41,540 bases of DNA from Leptolyngbyaceae cyanobacterium (GTDB lineage Bacteria > Cyanobacteriota > Cyanobacteriia > Phormidesmidales > Phormidesmidaceae). The DNA lies in assembly GCA_050331235.1 (NCBI GenBank), contig JBHJHA010000082.1, positions 1-41,540 of the forward strand, given 5' to 3'. This document shows, piece by piece, positions 8,657 through 18,359 of the stretch. Position numbers and translations under genes: made by a program. The stretch's first letter is position 1, and each line of letters opens with the position of its first letter. Under the pieces are notes generated by a model. It saw nothing but the letters and a program-made list of their open reading frames with translations, was not told the DNA's origin and made no database searches.

Positions 8657-8851
8657 ATGCAGCAGTTCAAATATTCGGCCCATGATTTTGACGTTTGGGC
8701 CACCGCCGTGAAGCAACAAATGTTGGAGTCCCTGGCTAAACGTCGCCACAGTGCACCTACTGAGGTTGAGCCCCCTGAGCAGCTAGCCGCGGATAGTCGA
8801 TTGCATCTAAATCAGAACCGTGATCGTTCACCCCGTCGCAATCACAATTAG
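8657..8851 (+). CDS. Small hypothetical protein (64 aa)
   Basis: MQQFKYSAHDFDVWATAVKQQMLESLAKR, an amphipathic helix; co-oriented just before ggpP. Confidence 0.5.
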   Translation: MQQFKYSAHDFDVWATAVKQQMLESLAKRRHSAPTEVEPPEQLAADSRLHLNQNRDRSPRRNHN

Positions 8852-8941
8852 CACTGGTGCACACCCATCTGCTCAGCAACGGGCGATCGCGGGAGGGACC
8901 TGTCCTTGATAGTCTGAACTAGACGTCACCTTGGCACCGTT

Positions 8942-10216
8942 ATGATCTCTGCTACCGGCCTCCCGCTGCACCAGCAAACATATTCTCTCGATCATCGTCG
9001 CTTTGCTGAACTGCTGAGCAATACTGACAATTTGCTCATTATTCAAGACCTTGATGGCGTTTGTATGGGACTAGTCAAGGATCCGCTCAATCGCCAAATT
9101 GAGCCCCGCTATGTCAAAGCTACTCAGGCGTTTGAGGGGCACTTTTATGTCTTGACTAATGGCGAACATGTCGGTGAACGTGGCGTCAACGGCATTATCG
9201 AGCGGGCCTTTGGGGATGCAGACGTCGTTAAGCGCCAGAGCCACTATTTACCTGGCTTAGCAGCCGGTGGTGTGCAGTGGCAAACCCGCCAGGGCGATAT
9301 TTCCCACCCGGGGGTCAGCCATGCAGAACTCGCCTTCCTTAAACAGGTGCCAGAGCGCATCCGTCAATGCTTACAGGAGTTTGCTCAAAACCGCGATTTG
9401 GGCCTTGATGCAGCCACCATCGACCACTGCATCCAGTCCTCGGCACTCGAAAATGTGGCCTCTCCCACGGCCAATCTCAATACCTTTCATGGGGCGTTAG
9501 GAGAGGATCAGGAGACTTACCTATCGCTGCAACAGACAGTACAGCAGCTCATGGAGACGCTACTGGCTGAGGCTGCTGACCAGGGACTAGAAGATTCGTT
9601 TTTTGTGCACTATGCCCCTAACCATGGTCGCGATGCCAACGGGCAAGAAATTATTTGGCTGAGCCAAGGTCAAGAATCGGGCACCACGGACTTTCAGTTT
9701 ATGCTGCGGGGGGCTATCAAAGAAGCCGGAGTATTGGCACTACTCAATCGCTACTATGCTCAGCGGACGGGGCATTACCCCCTCGGAGAAGACTTTAGCG
9801 TGCGAGTAGCCCCCCACGAGCAGTCAGCCCTCATCCAACTGGTCAAAGACCACTTTGACCCCGCTGAGATGCCCTTGCTGGTGGGCGTTGGCGACACCGT
9901 CACCAGCAAGGTAATGGAGATTGACGGCCAGTCCGTGGCTAAGCGAGGCGGAAGCGATCGCAATTTTTTGCAGCTGGTGCAAGCCATTGGCCGTAGCTTT
10001 GAGCGGGGCAACGTCGTCGTTTATGTTGACAGCAGCGGGGGAGAGCTCAAAAATCGGCGGCCCCTCACCTTAGAGCAGCGACAGGGGCAGCCAGTGGTCA
10101 CCGCGGGTCCCGGCGATCCCCATGATCAAAACGACCCGCTGACGCTGAATGTGGTTTTTCCAGGCGGATACCAGGAATACTGCGCAACCTTTGAGGCAGC
10201 AGCAGCCCACCGATAA
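8942..10216 (+). CDS. stpA: Glucosylglycerol 3-phosphatase (StpA/GgpP)
   Basis: LLIIQDLDGVCMGLVKDPL, VLTNGEH, GTTDFQFM, VGVGDTVTS and RGGSDR motifs. Confidence 0.92.
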   Translation: MISATGLPLHQQTYSLDHRRFAELLSNTDNLLIIQDLDGVCMGLVKDPLNRQIEPRYVKATQAFEGHFYVLTNGEHVGERGVNGIIERAFGDADVVKRQSHYLPGLAAGGVQWQTRQGDISHPGVSHAELAFLKQVPERIRQCLQEFAQNRDLGLDAATIDHCIQSSALENVASPTANLNTFHGALGEDQETYLSLQQTVQQLMETLLAEAADQGLEDSFFVHYAPNHGRDANGQEIIWLSQGQESGTTDFQFMLRGAIKEAGVLALLNRYYAQRTGHYPLGEDFSVRVAPHEQSALIQLVKDHFDPAEMPLLVGVGDTVTSKVMEIDGQSVAKRGGSDRNFLQLVQAIGRSFERGNVVVYVDSSGGELKNRRPLTLEQRQGQPVVTAGPGDPHDQNDPLTLNVVFPGGYQEYCATFEAAAAHR

Positions 10217-10268
10217 GCAGCACTGGCGATCGCCCGTTGGAGTGATTCGGGGCGATCACCGGATAGAG

Positions 10269-11006
10269 CTACTCAATCGTGCTGACTGGGTTCACCTGAG
10301 ACAGCCTGCTCGAAAGCAGATTAACAGGGATGAGCTCGTCCAGTTCAACGGCATCGAGGAGAGCATTCCAGTCAGTGGTTTGATTGTCTGCTTGCTTCAG
10401 CGCCGCTGAGGTTGCGATCGCGTCGTACCACAATCCTGCTTCTGCATAAATGCCTGGTAGCGCTGCCACGGGCGTATCTTCCGCGATCTCAAGAGAGGGC
10501 ACGCGCTCAATCTGCCCTTCTGTGACCACATCGGCGCTAGGATCTAACGGATCACACACCACTGAGATATACCAAACGTAAGTTTCTCCGATGGCAAGGG
10601 GTTCTTGCAGACCATTGTTGGGCAGGCTGACACTTGCAATGCCCCCATCGCTCTCCAGGGCAAACCGACCTTCGTAGACAAACTCATTGGTCGCCTCATT
10701 CAGCAAAACAAATTTGACTTGCTCAGCGGTAGTTTCCGGCAAATAAAAGTAGAAAGTAGGATAGGCACTTTGAGTCAGTCCGTAATTGGACTCAGGCATC
10801 AGTGCCACTAAATTTTCATTGGCGGCGATGCAAGTGGTGCTGCGGGTCGAACCTGACTCCCGATTACCTGGTGCACTAATGTCCGGTAAGCGTAGCTGCA
10901 AAGTCTGGGCAGTTGCTGGCAGTGTTGTTACCGTTAAGCCGCTGCCAGCCATGAGGCCTAGCGCGCAGAGCAACCCAGCTTGGTGGAGCGGTACAAAGGT
11001 TTTCAT
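10269..11006 (-). CDS. DUF928 domain secreted protein
   Basis: Signal peptide; APGNRESGSTR, LVALMP, PTFYFYLP and YAEAGLWYDA motifs. Confidence 0.85.
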   Translation of the reverse strand: MKTFVPLHQAGLLCALGLMAGSGLTVTTLPATAQTLQLRLPDISAPGNRESGSTRSTTCIAANENLVALMPESNYGLTQSAYPTFYFYLPETTAEQVKFVLLNEATNEFVYEGRFALESDGGIASVSLPNNGLQEPLAIGETYVWYISVVCDPLDPSADVVTEGQIERVPSLEIAEDTPVAALPGIYAEAGLWYDAIATSAALKQADNQTTDWNALLDAVELDELIPVNLLSSRLSQVNPVSTIE

Positions 11007-11349
11007 GGGAATTCATCACCCCGTCGTGAGTATTAACAAAGCCAAATTGATGTGCGATCGCAGAGGCTGAAAAAGCGGTCACTAGAGCTGGCATTGCAGC
11101 CTTTTCCCCGAAAGGACGAAAGGCCTCATGTAGGCTGCCAAGTCCCTAGCGTTAATCCAGCCGGAGAACCAGTTGAGGGAAAGACGCACCCATAACGTCT
11201 ACATTAGGAAATTCGATCATTTCGGCAGAGTGTTACGCTTATTGCCTTGAACTTTATAATCGCAGGGTTACTGGCTTATTTCAGCAATCTACCTAGTTAG
11301 AATGGATTGACGTGAAATTGCTGATTTTGCTCCCAAGTCACAGCCGCCT

Positions 11350-12978
11350 ATGGTCACGCCGCGTCCGTCAGCAACGCCTAAACAGCCGTCTCGGCAGCAT
11401 CCTGCCTTAGCCTGGGCAGGGCGCTTGGGGCAGCCGCCAGTCATGTCAACACTGGCAGCCAGTGCAGTTGTGCTGGCGCTGAGCGCGGTGGGCGCTCTGC
11501 AGGGTCTGGAACTTGGTCTCAATGACCAAATGATGCGGCTCCGTCCAGTCCCCCCACCGGATACGCGCATTCTGGTTGTGGGTATTGATGAAGCCGATAT
11601 TCAAGCACGTCAAGAATGGCCAATTGAAGACAGCACCTTAGTTGAACTCTTGACAGTAGTGACCGAGGCAGAACCGCGAGTCATTGGCTTAGATTTATTT
11701 CGCGATATCCCCGTAGGGGATGGCCAAGATGAACTAATTAGTCAGATTCAGAATGCGGACCATATCTATGCGGTTTGCAAGATGAGTAGCTCGGACAATC
11801 CCGGCGTGCCTCCACCCACGGGGCTGACAGAGGCCCAAGTTGGGTTTTCTGATTTAGTAGTGGACTCTGGAGGGATCTTGAGGCGCAGCTTACTGATCGC
11901 AGCTCCACCGGCCGAATCTGAAATTGTTGACACTCATTTATGCAATAGTCCTGAGGCTCAACTGTTTTCCCTTAGCTTGCAGTTAGCTCTGCGGTATTTG
12001 GCGGAAGACGGCATCAACCCAGAACTCACAGCTCAGCAAGAATTGCGCTTAGCTGACATCATCCTGCCGCGGCTCAGCGCTAACCTAGGTGGCTACCGCA
12101 ACGTTGATGCCCAAGGCTATCAGATTATGCTCAACTACCGCGCGGTCAGAACGGCGGTTCCCCAGGTGAGTGTGTCCGATGTTTTATCCGGGGCAGTGAA
12201 TCCGGCACAAATGCGCGATCGCATCGTGATCATTGGCGCTACGACACCGGAGGCGAAAGATGAGTTTTACACACCGTTTAGTGGTGGGCTGCGGGATAGC
12301 CAGCAAATGTCTGGCGTGATTGTCCATGCCCAATCAGTCAGTCAAATTTTGAGTGCGGTGCTGGATGATCGCCCCTTGATCTGGAGCTGGTCGACCGGGG
12401 GAGAAGTGCTGTGGATTATCCTGTGGGCACTGGGTGGAGCCCTCTTTGCCTGCTATATTCGTCGGCCCTTGGTATTTGCCGTGGGCGCGATCGCGTTGGT
12501 GGCGGGCCTATATGGTGTCTGCTACTTACTCTTTCTTCAAGGCGGCTGGATTCCTCTCGTGCCCGCCGCCTTAGCCCTGGGATTGGCCTCCGGAGGAGTA
12601 GTACTGCTTGATCGATTCAACAAGAGTGATTATGGTCAGGCGGTTTATAAACAGATGAAGAGTCTGCTCCGCCTAGAAATTGAAATTGATCAGTCTAAGG
12701 TGGGTGAGCAAGTGGCTGAGATTACCGATACCGACTACTTCAGTAAGTTGCAGGCCCAGGCCAAAGAGCTGCGCGAGCGGCGACAGTCACTGACCAGTCG
12801 CGCCATGCCCCCCGCAAGAATTGAGAAACCCGGTGCATCGACGGAGGGAGCGGCAGCGCCACCCACCGGTCCCGCTTCCACCCCAGACATTACCTCGAGC
12901 CAAGCATTCATTGATAGTCTTAAGCAGCAGGCTGATCGCCTTAAAACCCCAGATGATGACACAGAGCGCGGGGACTGA
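11350..12978 (+). CDS. CHASE2 domain membrane sensor without an enzymatic output domain
   Basis: RILVVGIDEADI, PRVIGLDLFRD, GFSDLVVD and DEFYTP motifs, three TM helices and a short helical tail. Confidence 0.88.
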   Translation: MVTPRPSATPKQPSRQHPALAWAGRLGQPPVMSTLAASAVVLALSAVGALQGLELGLNDQMMRLRPVPPPDTRILVVGIDEADIQARQEWPIEDSTLVELLTVVTEAEPRVIGLDLFRDIPVGDGQDELISQIQNADHIYAVCKMSSSDNPGVPPPTGLTEAQVGFSDLVVDSGGILRRSLLIAAPPAESEIVDTHLCNSPEAQLFSLSLQLALRYLAEDGINPELTAQQELRLADIILPRLSANLGGYRNVDAQGYQIMLNYRAVRTAVPQVSVSDVLSGAVNPAQMRDRIVIIGATTPEAKDEFYTPFSGGLRDSQQMSGVIVHAQSVSQILSAVLDDRPLIWSWSTGGEVLWIILWALGGALFACYIRRPLVFAVGAIALVAGLYGVCYLLFLQGGWIPLVPAALALGLASGGVVLLDRFNKSDYGQAVYKQMKSLLRLEIEIDQSKVGEQVAEITDTDYFSKLQAQAKELRERRQSLTSRAMPPARIEKPGASTEGAAAPPTGPASTPDITSSQAFIDSLKQQADRLKTPDDDTERGD

Positions 12979-13003
12979 AGGGGCGCGGCAGGACCTCAAC
13001 CGT

Positions 13004-14404
13004 TCAACTGCTTTGCTGTTTATGAAAGCGATCGCACCGTTGCAAAAATTTCTGGGCGAGGGCCGGCTGACCGCCCCAATGGAGGTGCACGTAGGAAGCG
13101 TGCAGGTCTTCATGCCCCCATCCCTCTGCCCCTACAGCGGCGGGCGCGGTGTGGGGCAGAGGATAGCTCTGTAGCGTGTGTATCGGTTTTGGTGGCAACG
13201 GCGTGATCACCGAGCGATGAAATTCGTGGCCCCAAGCTTGTTGGCCGACGGTCATTACCGAGCTCGGCTGTTGCGCCGTCGCACACCGATAGCCCAAGGT
13301 GAGCTTACCTGTCATGGTGGCAACCGCTGGCAAAGCCCCCACCATCGGCCAAGACCGTTGATCAAAATCGACGATTGTCTGGCACAGATACATCAGGCCG
13401 CCGCACTCAGCATAAGTGGGCAAGCCAGCTGCTAGGGCGGCGGCGATCGCCGTTCGCATCGCCAAATTTTGAGATAGAGCTGCCGCAAACACCTCAGGAA
13501 ACCCCCCACCTAAAATCAAGCCGTCTAAGTTAACCGGGAGATGGGGGTCAATCAGCGGACTAAACGGCACGATCTCGGCACCATGGCGACGGAACAAGGC
13601 TAGATTGTCCTCGTAGTAAAAGTTGAAAGCGCGATCGCGGGCGATGCCAACACGGACAGGGTATACCTGAAAATCAGGGGCAGGCTCAACGATGCCCCCC
13701 CCAATCGGCAGCACTGCATGGGTGTTAGAGGCTGTCAAGGCGGCGGTCAACTGGGGCCAATCAAAGGCAGATTTCCCCAGCTGGGCCAGTTGCCGAATCT
13801 GTGTCGGCAATTGAGGCAGTTCATCGGCGGGGACAAGTCCTAAATGCCGATCCGGCAGCGCGATCGCTGATTCACGGCGCAATACTCCCAAGAGGGGAAC
13901 GTTGATCACATTGAGGGCAGCTGTGAGCATGGCCAAGTGGCGATCGCTGCCAACACGATTGAGCACGACTCCGGCAATCTGTAGGCGCGTATCCAGGGTG
14001 CAATAACCGTGGACGATGGCCGCCAGCGATCGCGATAGGCGGGCACAGTCGACAACCAGCAATATTGGACAGTTCAGCAATCGAGCCACATGGGCAGTGC
14101 TGGCCCAGTCTGAGCCGCCCGCTCCATCAAATAGGCCCATGACGCCTTCAACGATAGCATATTTCGCAGCGCAGCTATATCGCTGAAAGCACTCCTGTAC
14201 ATAGCGTTCAGACGTTAATACAGGATCGAGGTTGTATGCCGGTCGACCCGTGATGGCTCGATGAAACATCGGATCAATGTAATCGGGGCCGACCTTAAAT
14301 GCCTGTACACTGTGGCCCTGCTGTTTAAGAGCGGCTAAAAGCGCTATCGTAACGGTGGTTTTACCTGAACCGCTGCGATCGCCCGCGATCATTAATTTAC
14401 CCAT
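13004..14404 (-). CDS. cobB: Cobyrinate a,c-diamide synthase (CobB/CbiA)
   Basis: SGSGKTT, FKVGPDYIDP, VEGVMGLFDG, RHLGLVP, AECGGLMYL and HEFH motifs; ATG at 14404. Confidence 0.93.
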   Translation of the reverse strand: MGKLMIAGDRSGSGKTTVTIALLAALKQQGHSVQAFKVGPDYIDPMFHRAITGRPAYNLDPVLTSERYVQECFQRYSCAAKYAIVEGVMGLFDGAGGSDWASTAHVARLLNCPILLVVDCARLSRSLAAIVHGYCTLDTRLQIAGVVLNRVGSDRHLAMLTAALNVINVPLLGVLRRESAIALPDRHLGLVPADELPQLPTQIRQLAQLGKSAFDWPQLTAALTASNTHAVLPIGGGIVEPAPDFQVYPVRVGIARDRAFNFYYEDNLALFRRHGAEIVPFSPLIDPHLPVNLDGLILGGGFPEVFAAALSQNLAMRTAIAAALAAGLPTYAECGGLMYLCQTIVDFDQRSWPMVGALPAVATMTGKLTLGYRCATAQQPSSVMTVGQQAWGHEFHRSVITPLPPKPIHTLQSYPLPHTAPAAVGAEGWGHEDLHASYVHLHWGGQPALAQKFLQRCDRFHKQQSS

Positions 14405-14621
14405 TTGGCCTCCCCAGGCTCGGGGCATTCGCTTTCTGCCGCAACCCACGCCAACATCGATACCGATACCTGCTGGAAAGCGATGTGCACATTACGAAGG
14501 TACCCTTTGCTTGGGACCCTGCCATTAGCAACTTCCACTCCGACCCAACTTCCCAACAACTTGTTATGAATCTTCTAACATCCACCATATCCACCAACTG
14601 AGTGCCAGGCCAAAACGCAAC

Positions 14622-14644
14622 AAAAAAGGCGCCCATGGGCGCCT
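14622..14644 (-). terminator. Intrinsic terminator of psaF-psaJ-psaL
   Basis: AGGCGCCCATGGGCGCCT palindrome followed by a T run on the minus strand. Confidence 0.75.
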
Positions 14645-14669
14645 AACAAAGCAGAGGTTGGAATGGAAA

Positions 14670-15152
14670 CTAGCTATGACCACCAGAAACCACAGACAGC
14701 AGCAACGGGAAATTCGCAGCCAAAAGGTAAGCAAATGTTGCTCCGCCGATGCCACCAATCAAGAAGCTACCAGCAAACTCGCTCCAGCCTTCTTCCGAAG
14801 CGGCAAACTCTGGAGGACTAAACGGCGTTGTCGTTTTCGTGACCGCAGAATTAACCCCCGCTCCGGAATAAATCGAGAGGCAGGCCGTCAAAATCACGAT
14901 CAAAGCCGACGCCGATAGCAGTCCCGCTAATCCAGGAATTTCCGAGTCACGTAGTGGACCCAGCAAAGCAAACGGACCATACAGTAGGTAACCGTGGGCC
15001 ATGCCAATTTCTAGGCCGCGGCGCTGGGCAGACAGACCTTTGCGATAGGCAGGCAGGTTACCGATGAAAGCTTTGGTAAAACCAGATGAATTCAAAGGAG
15101 TCTCCAGATTCCCAATTTGGGGATCTCCTGGAGGTGTAATCGCATCAGACAT
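14670..15152 (-). CDS. psaL: Photosystem I subunit XI
   Basis: DPQIGNLETP, NLPAYRKGLS, RRGLEIGMAHGY, LGPLRD and GWSEFAGSFLIGGIGG motifs. Confidence 0.95.
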   Translation of the reverse strand: MSDAITPPGDPQIGNLETPLNSSGFTKAFIGNLPAYRKGLSAQRRGLEIGMAHGYLLYGPFALLGPLRDSEIPGLAGLLSASALIVILTACLSIYSGAGVNSAVTKTTTPFSPPEFAASEEGWSEFAGSFLIGGIGGATFAYLLAANFPLLLSVVSGGHS

Positions 15153-15221
15153 AATTTTTGAGTTCTCCTACTCACACAGACAAATGAAACACAGCTAATC
15201 ACCGATGATTGACTTCACACC

Positions 15222-15347
15222 CTATGGATGGAGCAACAAATCGGGAAAGAAGCGATTGAATTCAATTAAGATGCCTGCTGTAATGACCATCCAAACAGTT
15301 GCAAGGACAGGAGCAGTCGACAAATACGTCAGAAAGTTTTTACTCAT
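15222..15347 (-). CDS. psaJ: Photosystem I subunit IX (41 aa, not in the supplied ORF track)
   Basis: Manual translation [50 protein letters not shown]. Confidence 0.95.
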   Translation of the reverse strand: MSKNFLTYLSTAPVLATVWMVITAGILIEFNRFFPDLLLHP

Positions 15348-15382
15348 GAGTGCTCTCCAACAAGCGTTAACAAGCGATGTGC

Positions 15383-15883
15383 CTAACGAGGAGACACAGT
15401 GATTTCATCGTCTTTGGCAAACATTTCGCCGCTGAGAATGTCTTTGGTAGCCGTTAGGGGCCAAGCAAAGCCAGAGAGAGAACATTTAACTGCCAAAGGC
15501 ACGTCAATGATGATCTCTTTCTCTTCAGGGCTTTTTTCATCACGGACTGCAATGATATAAGCGCGACCAACCCAGCCAATCCAGCCTGCGATGTATAAAA
15601 ACAGCAGACTGGGAATGATGAATTCGCCAATATGAGCCAAGTCGCCATCTACAATGAGATGAGGCAGACCATCTTCGCCGCAGAGCAAACTCGAGTTGCC
15701 GTAAAACTCAAAGCGAGCTTTTGCTTTCTCGGTAGTGGCGTTAGCGGCACGCTGCTGAAATGCAGCGTTTTCGCCACAGGGGGTCAGGCCGGCTACGTCA
15801 TCACCTGCAATGCCTGCAGATGCGGGTAGGGCAAAGCCAAACCAGAGTGAAATTACTAGAGCCAGTGCAAACAACCGTCGCAT
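15383..15883 (-). CDS. psaF: Photosystem I subunit III
   Basis: [42 protein letters not shown] and ITVSPR motifs. Confidence 0.97.
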   Translation of the reverse strand: MRRLFALALVISLWFGFALPASAGIAGDDVAGLTPCGENAAFQQRAANATTEKAKARFEFYGNSSLLCGEDGLPHLIVDGDLAHIGEFIIPSLLFLYIAGWIGWVGRAYIIAVRDEKSPEEKEIIIDVPLAVKCSLSGFAWPLTATKDILSGEMFAKDDEITVSPR

Positions 15884-16054
15884 ACAGTGGTTTCCCTTTA
15901 TTACGCAAAGGTCAAAGTTTTGAAGTCAAAACGTTAAGTTATTTGTAGGGCATTTTCCCAACATTGCCCGCCATAATACCCTGCCCCCGATACCCGGTAA
16001 AGCAAAGCTGGGAAGGGGTTTACATCTCTCAAAGGTTTTTGCTGAGTTTTGTAA

Positions 16055-17098
16055 ATGAAAACTGTTTTAGCGATAGAAACGAGTTGTGATGAAACGGCGG
16101 TGGCTGTTGTTCGCGATCGCACCGTTCTCAGTAGCGTTGTCGCCTCCCAAATCAACATTCACCAACGCTACGGTGGCGTTGTGCCTGAGGTTGCATCGCG
16201 TGCCCATGTAGAAAACCTAGGCGCAGTCACCCAGGCCGCACTGACCGAAGCGGGGGTGGGGTGGCCGGCCCTAGACGGCATTGCGGCAACCTGTGCTCCG
16301 GGGTTAGTAGGAGCGTTAATGGTCGGCATGACCGCCGGTAAAACCCTAGCGATGCTTTACGACAAGCCCTTTATCGGGGTGCATCATTTGGAAGGACACA
16401 TTTACGCTGCTTACCTCAGTCAGCCGGAGTTGCAGCCCCCCTATCTGTGTCTATTAGTATCGGGTGGTCACACTAGCTTTATCTACGTTAAGGACTGTGG
16501 CATCTATGAGCAGCTGGGTAAAACCCGTGATGACGCCGCCGGTGAAGCCTTTGATAAGGTGGCGCGGTTATTGGATTTAGGCTATCCGGGGGGCCCCATT
16601 ATTGATCGGCTAGCAGTTCAAGGAGACTCCACTCGCTTCCAACTGCCCGAAGGCAATATTTCTTTGCCGGAGGGCGGTTTTCACCCCTATGACTGCAGCT
16701 TTAGCGGCCTCAAAACCGCCATGTTACGACTGGTGCAAAACTTGCAAGGCAAAGGAATTGCCCCGCTGCCAATCGCGGATCTGTGCGCCAGTTTCCAAGC
16801 AACCGTAGCTCGTGGGCTGACGAAGCGTGCCATTCGCTGTGCCTCAGACCATGACTTGACGACGATCGCCCTCGGCGGCGGCGTAGCAGCCAATAGCGGG
16901 CTGCGAGCTCATTTATCGGCTGCCGCCGCTGAAAACGGTCTCACGGTGCTATTTCCCCCACTGCAATACTGCACCGATAATGCCGCCATGATTGGCTGTG
17001 CGGCAGCCGATCACTTGCATCGGGGCCATGTGTCTGATGTCGCCCTGGCAACGCGATCGCGCATGGATTTATCGGATGTGATGACCTTGTACCGCTAA
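16055..17098 (+). CDS. tsaD: tRNA t6A37 threonylcarbamoyltransferase
   Basis: [45 protein letters not shown] and CTDNAAMI motifs. Confidence 0.97.
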   Translation: MKTVLAIETSCDETAVAVVRDRTVLSSVVASQINIHQRYGGVVPEVASRAHVENLGAVTQAALTEAGVGWPALDGIAATCAPGLVGALMVGMTAGKTLAMLYDKPFIGVHHLEGHIYAAYLSQPELQPPYLCLLVSGGHTSFIYVKDCGIYEQLGKTRDDAAGEAFDKVARLLDLGYPGGPIIDRLAVQGDSTRFQLPEGNISLPEGGFHPYDCSFSGLKTAMLRLVQNLQGKGIAPLPIADLCASFQATVARGLTKRAIRCASDHDLTTIALGGGVAANSGLRAHLSAAAAENGLTVLFPPLQYCTDNAAMIGCAAADHLHRGHVSDVALATRSRMDLSDVMTLYR

Positions 17099-17141
17099 CT
17101 CTCATCGCGAACCTTTAGTCAAAGACTTTGAGCCGTCGTAC

Positions 17142-17176
17142 AAAAAATCCTCGCTGACGCAAAATCAACGAGGATT
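17142..17176 (-). terminator. Intrinsic terminator facing the minus strand, with no minus-strand gene to terminate
   Basis: Minus strand ATCCTCGTTGA-TTTTGCG-TCAGCGAGGAT followed by a T run. Confidence 0.65.
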
Positions 17177-17685
17177 GAGTTGGCAGGAGAGGAGATGACA
17201 CAAACAACAGCACTCAAGTCGACTTAATGGGTTTCAGCCTGTGAGCGATGCATTTCGTCTACGCTGATAGCATCCTTGCCGAGGTTTTCTCGCCACGGCC
17301 TATCATCTTACTGGCTTGCTCAGGGTTCGCCTGATGTAGGGTATCCAGGTGAGCAGCACCCTGATCCCAATTCTCTTGACGTACCTGGTCAAAATGGGTT
17401 CCCTGCACCCACATCTCAGCAGCGGCTTCTCGTGAGGGGTCAGTGAATCAATCACCTTGAGTGCGACATTGGGGGGCAGTACTGAAGGGAATTTGACTGT
17501 CGGATAAGCCTGACCTAGCAGTTCCCTAATAAGTCTAGGCCGCCAAAAGTCTGACCTGAAGGCGTGTAATAACCGCCACGTTTCCCAGCCCAAAGCAGTT
17601 AGGCGTGCTATCGCTTGACTGGCTGAGTAGTATTAAGCCACCTGATTCATTTGTTTGGACTGGTGCGCTTTGTGAGGCGATCGCG

Positions 17686-18195
17686 ATGAAACCCGGCAGC
17701 AAGTACTATCCGCTTTACCTGCAGCTAGACCAATGTAAGGGCGAGGCTGTGGTGCTTTCCATTGCTGACATCGAGGCGTGTATCCAAGGCAATTTACCGG
17801 CGACTGCCCGCCAAAAGTCATCTTGGTGGGCCAATCGGAACAAAGGAGGCTATCAATCACAAGCTTGGATCAAGGCCGGATATCACGTTGACCAGGTGGA
17901 TTTGGAGCAGCAGCAAATCAGTTTCAAACGATTTCAGTCCGAGTACAAAATCCAACGGGTAGAGGGGGCGATCGCTTGGGATGCAGCCGCAATTCGGGCT
18001 TTGCGGCTGCATATGAAGTTAACCCAAGCCCGGTTTGCGGAGTCGCTTGGGGTGCGCCGTCAAACCATTAGCGAATGGGAAAATGGGGCTTACTTACCTG
18101 ACCGCTCCACCACCAAACATTTAGGCTTGGTGGCAGAGAAAGAAGCCTTTCAACCAGCTGAATATTACGTTCCTCCGTTAGAAGACGAAGACTAG
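17686..18195 (+). CDS. XRE-family HTH regulator with an extra N-terminal domain (DUF7662-like)
   Basis: SKYYPL...IEACIQGNLPATA...WWAN...QSQAWIKAGY, then IRALRLHMKLTQARFAESLGVRRQTISEWENG. Confidence 0.8.
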   Translation: MKPGSKYYPLYLQLDQCKGEAVVLSIADIEACIQGNLPATARQKSSWWANRNKGGYQSQAWIKAGYHVDQVDLEQQQISFKRFQSEYKIQRVEGAIAWDAAAIRALRLHMKLTQARFAESLGVRRQTISEWENGAYLPDRSTTKHLGLVAEKEAFQPAEYYVPPLEDED

Positions 18196-18272
18196 GAAAG
18201 GCTTTCCCAATGTTTCATCCGGCAAACCGGCTCGGCATCGCAGCACAGACAGGCATCAGATAATAGCGACAA

Positions 18273-18316
18273 AAACTCTTTTAGCGATCGCAATTACGCG
18301 ACTGCTAAAAGAGTTT
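18273..18316. terminator. Probable bidirectional terminator between convergent genes
   Basis: AAACTCTTTTAGC ... GCTAAAAGAGTTT, a 13-bp perfect inverted repeat. Confidence 0.7.
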
Positions 18317-18359
18317 GCTGACGGCTCGGGAGAGCACGCGATGATCGGTTGTAAGCAAA

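Noticed and set aside
11105..11122. CCGAAAGGACGAAA resembling hammerhead stem II or a c-di-GMP-I riboswitch
   Set aside because: The CUGAUGA core and the GGCAAA/GCAAA elements are missing.
14405..14620. Cobalamin riboswitch upstream of cobB
   Set aside because: No B12-box or CCCGCAACTGT-like conserved elements were found.
17340..17362. Minus-strand GCTGCTCACCTGGAT resembling part of the Cas12k tracrRNA
   Set aside because: Only a short match; the flanking tracrRNA motifs and cas12k are absent.
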